DNA of 63,501 nucleotides, filler included, from Salisapilia sapeloensis CBS 127946 (GCA_023334545.1; 6 parts of 6 records of this genome joined end to end with filler, not necessarily neighbours in it), one strand, 5' to 3'; shown: positions 49,046-58,480, numbered from the whole stretch's first letter. Numbers and translations are program-made. Notes: a model not told the origin generated them from the sequence alone.

Positions 49046-50743
49046 ATGGCAGACTCCAAGACTCCACACAACATCCCATCATCACAAGTTGAGTCGTCAG
49101 GGGCACAGGCACCCACAACTACGGACACAGACATCACTATGGCTTCGCCTCCGGCATCGACACACATGATGACCTCGGGCAACACAACCGAGGCTACTCA
49201 ATCCACCGTGAAAACTGGGGACGACGAAAAGAAGGCTCCGGCGCCGATAGATCCGGCGCCCCCGACATCGATGTCAAACCAAGCGACGCCACCTTCATCT
49301 GCTTCTTTGACTGTCGGTGGACAGCGATTGCCGTACGGTGAAGCCATACGAGGGTCACGCGAACTTTATGACCTGACGGGCGTAATCAATGCCCGTCCTC
49401 TTGATGAGATGCGAGACCTCTTTTGCCGATTTCGCCAGAGACGTGGCAAATCCATGTCAGCTAAAACAGCAAGCCTTCGTCAATCTTGGAACGCTTTCTG
49501 CGAGCGTTACAATTACGAGCCTGACATTGAAGCTGTGATCGAAGGATATGAGGCGTCGCGCGAGCGACGCGCCATAGGTCCTTTGCGCGACCAATGTCAT
49601 AACCATTGCTATGACGAACATCGGATCTGCTACACGCACATCGTCACTGGTTGTAGACGTTGTGAAGACGCCGGCATCCGGCGTCCGACGCTTGAAGACT
49701 GGGAGGAAGAAATACGGGTATACCCGCTGGACACACGCTTACAAACGAGTGTTAATCGGTTGAGCCGGGCTCTCCATGAAGCCCGCTCCTGGACGCCGCT
49801 CCGTCGACGTCGCTCTCGTCCTCGTAGTCCCGAACGACGTCGGGAACGTCCTCGCGAAGAGAGGAACCCGGTTCCCACGTATCCTGGCTCGGATCAAAGC
49901 CGAGCCAACGCACCCTATAGTAACGAGAGACGCTCGAGTCGTCGCCAGGACTCTTATGGCGACTACGACCACCGCCGCGACGACGAGCGCCCTTACGATC
50001 GCTACCTTCGGTATGACGATCCTCATGACCAACGATATGGTCCACGATCCAGCGACGATCGCCATTCCCGTCGAGAATCGGAGGTGGGCCACTACGGTGG
50101 AAGGCGCGGCGAGTACGATCAGTCGCGCCCCGCTTCTGGCGACTATCATGCGACCTATGGCTCGTATAGGCGCGATCGTTCTCGAAATCCTCCTCGCCCT
50201 CATGCCCAGACACCACCACGTGTGGCGTCCTCATCGCAGAATGCACCTGCGTCCTCGAGTGGACAACGGGGCTTCCAACTATACGCTCCCGTGAGGTTCT
50301 CGAACTTTCAGACACCAGCTGCTGCGGCACCGCAGTCGATGCCGGGACCCGCTGTCCCTGCTGCGCCTCCCTCGAGCTACCAGACGCCACCACGCGTGGC
50401 GTCACAACCTGCTGCTCCGTCCCTTGCTGCTCCGAATCCGCCATCGGCGACAGCGGAGCCCCCCGTTGTGCGACGAAGTGGTCTCCCAGAGTACTTTGAG
50501 GAGACCGATGAGCGTTCGAGGACGAATGCTGAGGAGATCGCGGACTTGGGGCTACGCGATGAGTACCGCGAGGCGGAGGTCCGGGGTCTTCGAGAGGCGC
50601 TCGCGCAAAGCCGCCAGAATCAACAACAGACGAATCAGAATCTTCGCCAGATGCGTGAGCGGCTTGCGAAGCTTGAAGCGCAGCTTGAGAGTTACGGGAA
50701 GTCCCGCGACGATTCACAGTCAAAGCAATCGAAGACGGACTAG
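49046..50743 (+). CDS. Retrotransposon-encoded antisense ORF (565 aa): Cys/His cluster, R/D/S-rich tract, C-terminal coiled coil; unknown function
   Basis: First ATG at 49046 (GTCATGG context), no stop until 50743. About 235 codons lie outside pol and about 330 overlap the pol 3' end. Confidence 0.7.
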   Translation: MADSKTPHNIPSSQVESSGAQAPTTTDTDITMASPPASTHMMTSGNTTEATQSTVKTGDDEKKAPAPIDPAPPTSMSNQATPPSSASLTVGGQRLPYGEAIRGSRELYDLTGVINARPLDEMRDLFCRFRQRRGKSMSAKTASLRQSWNAFCERYNYEPDIEAVIEGYEASRERRAIGPLRDQCHNHCYDEHRICYTHIVTGCRRCEDAGIRRPTLEDWEEEIRVYPLDTRLQTSVNRLSRALHEARSWTPLRRRRSRPRSPERRRERPREERNPVPTYPGSDQSRANAPYSNERRSSRRQDSYGDYDHRRDDERPYDRYLRYDDPHDQRYGPRSSDDRHSRRESEVGHYGGRRGEYDQSRPASGDYHATYGSYRRDRSRNPPRPHAQTPPRVASSSQNAPASSSGQRGFQLYAPVRFSNFQTPAAAAPQSMPGPAVPAAPPSSYQTPPRVASQPAAPSLAAPNPPSATAEPPVVRRSGLPEYFEETDERSRTNAEEIADLGLRDEYREAEVRGLREALAQSRQNQQQTNQNLRQMRERLAKLEAQLESYGKSRDDSQSKQSKTD

Positions 50744-53700
50744 CGGCTGACTCGTACCGTTTGAGACGACCTACATAAAATGTCGGATGTAGACGTATCG
50801 ACGATGGAAGGCTCAGCGTGTATGCTGAGCCGTGTTTCGCAGTCACTCTAAACGGCCCAATATAACGAGCGTTAATCTTTGCCGAGTCTGTCTGTCCAAG
50901 TGCTTGTGGGGGTAGTCCTGCTGTTGAAAGCAGGACGAAGTCGCCGGGTCGAAAGGACTCCATGGACCGGCGACCGTGTCGATCGGCGTTCTCCTTCTGC
51001 CGATCTACTGCTGACGCCACTGCGTCACGCACATACCGCAGGACTCCCTGCCGCGACTCAATCGCAGCGTCCGCTCTCCTCACCCCATGATCTTCCTGTT
51101 CTGGGGGTAGAGGGTCAAAGTTTCCCAGCGACGACTCGTTCATCGCATGTACTACTTGCGTGGTGTGGGCTCGTCCCACACCAGATGTGGACAGTTTATT
51201 GGACTCCACTGCGTCCACTCGAGGTGATTGCTCCCTAGCAACTCGAGTCTTGGGTGTCATAAGCGTCGATCCCTTCGACGCTCCCAAGACAGCATCTCGG
51301 TATGTCTTAGATGGGGTACCCAAAGACACGGCCCTTCCGTGTCCCTCGTCGCACACACTACGTGCGATAGGCTTTGTCCCTTCTTCATTATCACTGGGCT
51401 CATCAGCGATAACGTTCGTGTTTAGAGCTGCCTCGCTCAAGACAACGTCCTCGTTGTCTTCTCTGTGGCCACCACGTGTGGCTGTTTGCGACGCTTTTAT
51501 TTCCAGCTCTATTGTCGACATGGTCTGTGTTCCGCCGTCGATGTTAGAGTCACCGACGCGTTCGGTGACTTTGGAACTACGTCCTCGTACGTGTTCCGTT
51601 CTACCATAAGGTGACCCCTCATTGTCACTCTTAAAGGCGCCAGCCCGTCTGGCGCCGTCCACTTGCTTGATACGATTCGCACTATCTGACACCTCATTCG
51701 TGTCGATTTTCTCGTTATGTGTATCGTCAACAAGAGTAGACATCCCTTGTCCGGCGTCACCACATTCACTGGTGACTCGCATGCCGTGCACGCGTGCAGA
51801 TCTCTTCCTGTTGGCCCTCGTGCCATCAGACACGTTGCCAGCCCGTCTGGCAACTGGAGTGTCTGCATTGCGCGGTATTGTCGAAGCAGGTTGCGTCGCG
51901 GAATGCGGCGTCTGTGAGGTATTGTCCGCAGATGACGTCGGTAATTCCGACGTCCGCTGTTGACTTGCAGACTGGTTCGACGACGATGTCGCTGCTTGCG
52001 ACGTCTCTCCCCCTCCTAAATGAGAACCACGCGTGTTCGGGAGACCGAGTACTGATGGAACACGCGGGTGGCGCGCGTTGTTCACGAAGAAGGGGGTTTC
52101 ACCAGTGGATGAATGCGGGCTATTATTCATTGCGAACTCGGCCATGGGGAGAAGTTCGCTCCATGACTTGTAGCTGGTGGTATAGCTCCGCAGAATATCC
52201 TCTAGCGTGCGATTCACACGCTCCGTTTGTCCATCCGTCTCGGGATGGGCTGCCGTGGACATATCCAGGCGGGTTCCAAGGCGTCGGAACAACCGACGCC
52301 AAAACGAAGAGGTGAATCGGGGATCACGGTCTGAGACAATGCTCTCAGGCAAACCGTGATGTCGGAAGACGACGTCCAAAAAGATCTCAGCAGACTCTTC
52401 TGCTGAGACTGTCGCCTTCACCGGCGCAAGGTGAACCATCTTGCTCAGTCGATCAACAAAGACCAAGACACCCGTACGACCAAGCTTATCAGCGGGTAGT
52501 CCAAAGATGAAGTCCATACTAACGGATTGCCAAACGTCACTGGGTACTGGCAATGGTTGTAGGGGCGCCTGCATTGCAGGTGCCGACTTCACTCGCTGAC
52601 AAGTCTCACACGTTCGCACCCATTTGCGAACCCACTTGTACATGTGTGGCCAGTAGTACTCACGAGAAAGCATATTGTATGTCTTTTCTCGTCCGAAATG
52701 ACCAGCAGTGGGAGAGTCGTGGAACTCGTGTATGATGCGAGCCCGGAGATCATTATCGTTTGGTATGACCACTCGTGGAGTATCGAGTTGATCGATGCGA
52801 TAGTACAGCAAATTGTCCTGTACCGCGTAGCGAGATAAGCGCGAGTTCACTCGCCCCGACAACTTCTTCTTAGCTGCCTCGCTAGGCGATTTCAGATATC
52901 GCATGATCGACGAGCAGAACTCGTCCTCTTCATACGCCTGTCGAATTTCATCAAACAAGGAGAGACGCGGGGTGACCCGCGTCGCATTCACATCCTCTGT
53001 AGGACACTTTGGACATGGCGAAGACTCGTATTCTCCATCAGACTTCGGGTCGTAGTCGGGTCGACGGCTCAAAGCATCAGCAATGATGTTCATCTTGCCC
53101 GGTTTGTAGAACACTACAAAGTTGTATTGTGAGAAGAATGAAAGCCATCGAGCCATTCGATCGCTCAGATGCGGAGACTTGGTCGCTGTCCGCAGCGACG
53201 CATGGTCCGTATAAATAACGAACCGCTCCTCACCCAAGAGATATACTCGGAATTTGACCAAGGCATATCGCATTGCCAGAAGTTCCTTGTCATGAACCGG
53301 ATAATTCCGTTCTGCCGGTTTCAGTTGTCGTGATTGATAACTCACGACCCGTTCACGCCCATCGTCATCGTGTTGCATTAAAGCACACCCGATGGCAAAA
53401 TCACTGGCGTCGCATACGACATGGAACGGCTTCTCGTAGTTTGGCAATGTCAACACCGGCGCCTCTTGAAGACTTTTTTTCACAGCATCAAACGCTTTTT
53501 GATGCTCGGGCGTCCATTCCCATTCGACGTCTTTCTTCAACAACCGCGTTAGCGGTTGTACCAACGCTGCATAATTCTTCGTGTACTTATGCAGATAGTT
53601 CGCCAGTCCCATCCACTGGCGAAGGGCCTTTTGTGTCTTCGGAACAGGCCAATTACAAATGGTGGCAACCTTTTCCGGATCAGGACGACATCCGTCCTTA

Positions 53701-55624
53701 CTGACATAGCAACCAAGCACCGGGATCTCCGGTGCACAGAAGACACACTTCTTCAGCCTAGCATATAATTTGTTATCACGCATGGCTGTAAACACCTTCC
53801 GAAGGTGTTCAAGGTGGACATCCACCTCAGACTTTGTCTTCGACTTCTTACTGTGCACGAAGATATCATCAAAATAACACGGTGCAAAGTCACGATGTGG
53901 TCGCAACACTTGCGACACTACCCGGTTAAAGGTTGCCGGCGCGTTTCTCAAGCCCATCGGCATGACCAGCCACTCCCAGAGCATACCACTGGGGGTACTC
54001 ACGGCAGTTAGAGGGATATCACTCTCCCTCATAAGGACTTGATAGAACCCATCCATCAAGTCAATCGTACTGAAGATAGTACTCCCTGACATGGCATCTA
54101 AGATCATGTCCTTCCTGGGAATCGGCGTTTGCGCCGGTACCGTAGCATCGTTCAACTTATTGTACGCATGTACGATACGCCACCCTCCAGTGGCCTTTTT
54201 AACACAAAACGTTGGTGTTGAGTGTGGTGAGGAACTCTCACGCACATGGCCTGCCTTGCGGCGACCCTCGAAGAAATCGTCAATGGCCTTGACTTGTTCT
54301 CTCGGTAGCGGCCACTGCCGCGTCACACAATATTTGCTCCCAGGCACGAGATCGATCTCGTGCCGCACGCCACGATCTGGCGGTAACTTTTCCGGTACCT
54401 GCTCCGGGAATATATCACGAAATTCCCAGGCCAACTTGTATACCGGATTCCCCGAGGCCTTTAGCGCTTCCCATGACTGTGAGTCAAAGCGCTCCTCTTT
54501 GGCCGTCTTTGGAGGGGCGTCAGCCACTGCTGACGTCGACGGAGATTCCTTGATGGAGCACACTTGCTCGATACCATCATTTCGTAGGCTATCCAGGAAT
54601 CCGTCAAAACTCATCTCTTTGAGTTGGGTGATCTCATTCGCTAGACACGGCGGATCCTCAAGCCGTGTCGTCAACCTCACTGACCCCTCTTCCATGTGAG
54701 TAATCACCTCAATCTCGTTAGCATCGGACACGGCATTCACTCGTGTCGACACTCGCCCCTTGGAAGGAGTACCCTTTACTCGCTTCCTGTTCGACGCAGA
54801 CACTCCCTTAACATCACCACGTGTGGTGTTTTTCCGCGTCGGAACTTGCGACTCTGTGGTCGTTTCTTCAATCCCATCGTCTTCTTCCCGGAGAGCTGCA
54901 AACCGATTTTGCGAACCCTCAGACGATGATACAGTGTTAGCGCGATCATCGCGCTTTCGCTGACGTTTAGTCTGTCGGATAGACTGAGACGTAGCGGTCG
55001 ATGCAGGTTTACTTACGGGGCCATCGCTCTCTGTAGCAAAACTGTCTCGTGAGGAAGGATTGAACGTATTAACTACTCGGACATGACGCCATGTACCTGG
55101 CGCCTTGCGAAGCGACGCGCATACCTGATCCACATTCAGGCCTCGCTTCTTATGTACCGATCTCGTTAACCAATCGATACTTGGACGATGGCGGCGCAGC
55201 CATGGCATCCCAAGAATGACATCAAACTTTTGATCGAGTTCCACCGCAAGGAACGCGTCTTCACTCTTGTAGCCATCGAAACTGTACCGTACAGTCACCG
55301 TTCGCCGCGGGACCTCCCGCGGCTTCCCATCCGCATATCGAAGTGAGATACGTTCACTTCCTTCCCTGATAAGGGTGCCTTTCGGCAAAAGACGTAAACT
55401 CTGTGCGCGAATGAAGTTATTCGTCGCGCCAGTGTCTACGAGGGCATGAAGAGGTTGCTTCATGCCAGGTACGTGGAGGTCAATGACTAAAAGTCGATTG
55501 TCACCACGCGTTGTTGTGGCGAATAAACACGCTGGGCGTGGTTCGAGGCCAGGTGTCTGAGGTGCCACATCCCTCAGACTACTTCGCTGACCAGTAGGGG
55601 GCCTCGCGCCTACTGGTCTTCCAC
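49752..55624 (-). CDS. pol: Pol polyprotein (PR, RT, RNase H, integrase, chromodomain), probably expressed by -1 frameshift
   Basis: PR LVDTGA; RT WRIVHAYNKLN..IDLMDGFYQ..YFDD; RH DASDFAIG; IN HHCC and D-D-E (SMDF, SDRD, QTER); IGPF; chromodomain WIVDHIV..YYRVRWLGFDPSQDTWEP. The frame is open upstream of the listed GTG back to ~55637. Confidence 0.93.
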
Positions 55625-55631
55625 ATTTGGG
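55589..55631 (-). promoter_or_regulatory. Putative -1 programmed ribosomal frameshift signal
   Basis: Slippery heptamer C CCA AAU (55631-55625) in the gag frame, a 6-nt spacer, then the stem-loop GACCAGUAGG/CCUACUGGUC (55618-55589). Pol is in the -1 frame. Confidence 0.8.
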
Positions 55632-56638
55632 GAAGACCTAGTATCACCCTCCTCAACCGTATTGAGGGTGACGGGCACTGGTGCTCGGCAATCGCGAGCA
55701 TAGTGTCCCTTCTTTTGGCAACGGAAGCACGTAACTTGCTTCGACCTATTCGAAGTTGGCTTCCTCTGTCTGCTCTGACCCGTCGTCAGAGCGTCAACGA
55801 CCATTGGTTCGGGACCGCCTTGTCCCGGCATATTGCCGAGCCACTTCGGTAACTGACTTTCGTAGGCCTGGCGCTCCGTGAAGTCTTCTTCTAGCGCCAG
55901 GCGGATTGCTTCTTCGAGTGTGTTCGGGCGGCGACGGAACAGTTCCTTCTTGACTGGCCCGTTGTGGAGGCCCTGAATGAAGAGCAATACCTGAGTCGTG
56001 GTGTCCAACGGTGCGTGGCGTAGACACGAGACCATGTATCGAACCTTTTGACAATAGTCATTAAGGTTCAAGTTCCCTTGTTGAGCGCGCAGGAGTTCAG
56101 AACGAATACGAAGCTCGTTCTCCGGTGGTTCGAACGTTAACTCAAGTTCACGCTTGAGCTCCTCAAGCGTTGGGAAAGCGGACGGGTCGGCAAGTCGCCG
56201 ACCATAGGCCCAATTCTTGGCCTGATCCTTTAGGCAAGACATGGTAAATGCCACCTGCAGGAAAGGATCGCTGATATTACGAGCAGCGATAGCCGTGTCC
56301 ACTTCCACGAACCAGCGCTGGAGAGGCATTTCTCCAGCGCCTCCATACGTGGAGACAGGAATCTTCAAGAACCCCGAGGAACTTCTCGGGGCCGTGTTCG
56401 TTGCGGCCCTTGCCGCAACCGCTTCTGACTGGAGCCACTCGACCGCCGCCTTTCGGTGGTCATCCTCCGTACCGTATTCGAGGAGAATACTTAACGCGCT
56501 GTTCCCAGCATGCTGCTGCATGCGAACTAGTGCGTTCCATTCGATCTCACCTAAGTGAGGGTACATGGAGTGGTCAAAAACATTTCCCTGTGGGGGCGCC
56601 GCACCCGCAGCTGACTCGTTCGCTGCTGGGTCCGCCAT
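55610..56638 (-). CDS. gag: Gag protein with CCHC zinc knuckle
   Basis: 342 aa. Retrotransposon gag core (WFVEVDTAI..AKNWAY..FEPP..Y..QGL..GPVK..LFR..PNTLEEAI..A), PEPMVVD, and CFRCQKKGHYARDC. Confidence 0.92.
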   Translation of the reverse strand: MADPAANESAAGAAPPQGNVFDHSMYPHLGEIEWNALVRMQQHAGNSALSILLEYGTEDDHRKAAVEWLQSEAVAARAATNTAPRSSSGFLKIPVSTYGGAGEMPLQRWFVEVDTAIAARNISDPFLQVAFTMSCLKDQAKNWAYGRRLADPSAFPTLEELKRELELTFEPPENELRIRSELLRAQQGNLNLNDYCQKVRYMVSCLRHAPLDTTTQVLLFIQGLHNGPVKKELFRRRPNTLEEAIRLALEEDFTERQAYESQLPKWLGNMPGQGGPEPMVVDALTTGQSRQRKPTSNRSKQVTCFRCQKKGHYARDCRAPVPVTLNTVEEGDTRSSPNVEDQ

Positions 56639-56656
56639 TTACAGTGGAAATAACCA

Positions 56657-56669
56657 CCAAGTGCTACCA
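56657..56669 (-). other. Primer-binding site
   Basis: Minus strand TGGTAGCACTTGG, 2 nt after the LTR end. It is complementary to a tRNA 3' end ..GUGCUACCA (initiator-Met-like by inference). Confidence 0.8.
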
Positions 56670-56671
56670 GG

Positions 56672-56812
56672 TGTCACGGCTACTCGATCGGTGACTATTC
56701 CACTTAGCGTAGGGGAAGTTCGCTAGTTTTAAGCCAAATCAGAAGTGATTGTATTTACCCTTTTATGTTCTAGAGGCACCGATTGAAACGTGCGGTGCCA
56801 AATCTGCGTATC
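56672..56812 (-). repeat. 5' LTR (partial, R-U5 side)
   Basis: On + it begins TGTCACGG and runs into the linker. The last 36 nt duplicate 48661-48696. The reconstructed LTR is 246 bp. Confidence 0.9.
56735..56748 (-). promoter_or_regulatory. INR+FPR-like core promoter in the LTR
   Basis: Minus strand TCACTTCTGATTTG matches TCAYTYBNNNWTTY at 13 of 14 positions, about 108 nt upstream of the gag ATG. Confidence 0.55.
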
Positions 56813-56912
56813 NNNNNNNNNNNNNNNNNNNNNNNNNNNNNNNNNNNNNNNNNNNNTTAATTAATTAANNNNNNNNNNNNNNNNNNNNNNNNNNNNNNNN
56901 NNNNNNNNNNNN
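56813..56912. other. Artificial contig linker
   Basis: 44 N + TTAATTAATTAA + 44 N. Confidence 0.97.
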
Positions 56913-56984
56913 AGTAGCTGAAGCAGAAGTCCTCGTCGACCTTGGCGAAGGGTATGGCTTTATGATAGAGGTGCTGCTGCTCAT
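56913..56984 (-). CDS. 5' end of an unknown gene running into the linker
   Basis: CCAACCATG start context. INR-FPR-like TCACTCTTTCGTTC at 57012-56999. Open frame MSSSTSIIKPYPSPRSTRTSASAT to the contig edge. Confidence 0.4.
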
Positions 56985-57541
56985 GGTTGGCTTGGTAGGA
57001 ACGAAAGAGTGAGAATCGCTGTAGAGGAAGACTGTATTTCAATAAACGTGTACTCTACAACTTCTCACTGTTGTGTACTAGTGATTGCCGCTTAGATACC
57101 AGTCGACGCAACGCAATATACGATAAACTTGACCTAATCATAATTCGACCCCACTTACATACGTCGATCATATACAGGTAGCGATTAGCAACTTATAGAG
57201 AAGATGCTGTTCGGATAAGCACCAGTGAGTATACGTCACGTTAATTCATCCGAGTGCACATCGCCAGTAGAGCGCACAAGTAACCGAGTTCTATTTACTA
57301 CGTGCGAAGGAAAGTTGTAGAGCAAAAGTATGCGGAAAAGATTGAAACCCAAAACATATAACGAAAACTTGCAAAAGTAGATCGATGTTTATCTGTCATT
57401 TCTCCAATCCTCCAGCCACGATGCCGACTCGTTGCACAACGCATGCATGTACTGCGAACCAAAATCCAAATTGACGGATGCCGGACCCTCGGGCATCGTT
57501 CATTCAATTGGCGCCTTCGTCGGTCCTTTGGTAAGAGCATC

Positions 57542-58480
57542 TTACAAAGCGTACGCCGGCGTGTCCGTGGACTTTTCCGTCGAGCAATCCGTCGGAGCTT
57601 CTGTAGGAGCTTCGGTCGGTTCATCATCGCAATCCGATCCTTCAGCCGGTGACTCGACGTATTCCGGTGCATCGGTGTATTCAGGAGCCTGGGTTTCCGG
57701 TGCGCCCGTGTAGTCAGAACCTTGGTTGTACACAGGAATATGGTGGTATTCAGGAGCATGCGTGTGGTACGGGGCATCAGTGACCTTGGGAGCGTCCGTG
57801 TAGTCAGGAGCGTCCGTGGAGTCAGGGTCATCGTTGTACTGTGGAACGTAGTAGTATCCAGGAGCATCCGTGGAGTCGGGAGCGTCCGTGGAGTCAGGCG
57901 CATCAGTGTATTCGGGGGCGTTAGTCACCTCCGGAACGTCCGTGGAGTCTGGTGTGTCGCTTTCACACTCTTCTGTGTCGCTCTTGCCAAAGTTCTGTGC
58001 CCAGTAGTGACCGTAGCGACTGTCCTCGCTGTACGCGTACCCTGCTCCGAACTGGTTGTAGTCACCCATAATGTTCCTGCGGTGTCCTGCAGACTTCATC
58101 CAGGTGTCCATAACCGCCTCAGCATCGACTTGTCCGGCAGCAATGTTTTCAGCGATTTTAGAATAGTCATAGCTTGTAGACTGGATGCGGCTCGTCATGG
58201 TCGAACCATTGTCAGGAGATGTGTGACCCATGTAGTCATTTTGGGCTTCATCATCCGAGTGGCGCTGAGCTGCACGCTTGAGCTTGGAGCTAATGCAGAC
58301 CGGTCTCCTGCCTCTCTTCATACGTTCCTGGTTTATACGCTGCAGCATTTGCTGTTGAAAGTCATCAGGACTGTTGTATGTCTCTCCTTCTTGCAGAAAA
58401 CGAGATTCTTGGCGGAGGTTCGAAGCAGAAACCATCGCGACGGCCGTGGTCATAAAAAAGATGATTTTAGAAAGCTGCAT
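57542..58480 (-). CDS. Secreted CAP/SCP-domain protein with Pro-periodic acidic repeat tail
   Basis: ATG 58480; signal peptide MQLSKIIFFMTTAVAMVSA. CAP motifs INQER..AAQRHS..MGH..AENIAAG..WMKSAGHRRNIM..YWAQNFG, then PDSTDA/PEYTDA-type repeats. Confidence 0.88.
   Translation of the reverse strand: MQLSKIIFFMTTAVAMVSASNLRQESRFLQEGETYNSPDDFQQQMLQRINQERMKRGRRPVCISSKLKRAAQRHSDDEAQNDYMGHTSPDNGSTMTSRIQSTSYDYSKIAENIAAGQVDAEAVMDTWMKSAGHRRNIMGDYNQFGAGYAYSEDSRYGHYWAQNFGKSDTEECESDTPDSTDVPEVTNAPEYTDAPDSTDAPDSTDAPGYYYVPQYNDDPDSTDAPDYTDAPKVTDAPYHTHAPEYHHIPVYNQGSDYTGAPETQAPEYTDAPEYVESPAEGSDCDDEPTEAPTEAPTDCSTEKSTDTPAYAL

Larger units (their letters stand above)
48661..56812 (-). mobile_element. Ty3/Gypsy chromodomain-bearing LTR retrotransposon, near full length, ORFs intact
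   Basis: Domain order gag-PR-RT-RH-IN-CHD. LTR fragments at both contig ends share 36 identical nt. PBS and PPT are present. Confidence 0.95.

Noticed and set aside
50879-52315. Additional + strand ORFs (119-173 aa) inside pol
   Set aside because: Short, entirely within pol, in mixed frames and mostly with non-ATG starts; consistent with GC-rich shadow ORFs, unlike the 565-aa ORF.
57542-57960. Regular 18-bp repeats as a possible CRISPR-like array
   Set aside because: The units are in-frame coding repeats of a eukaryotic secreted protein, with no unique spacers and no cas genes.
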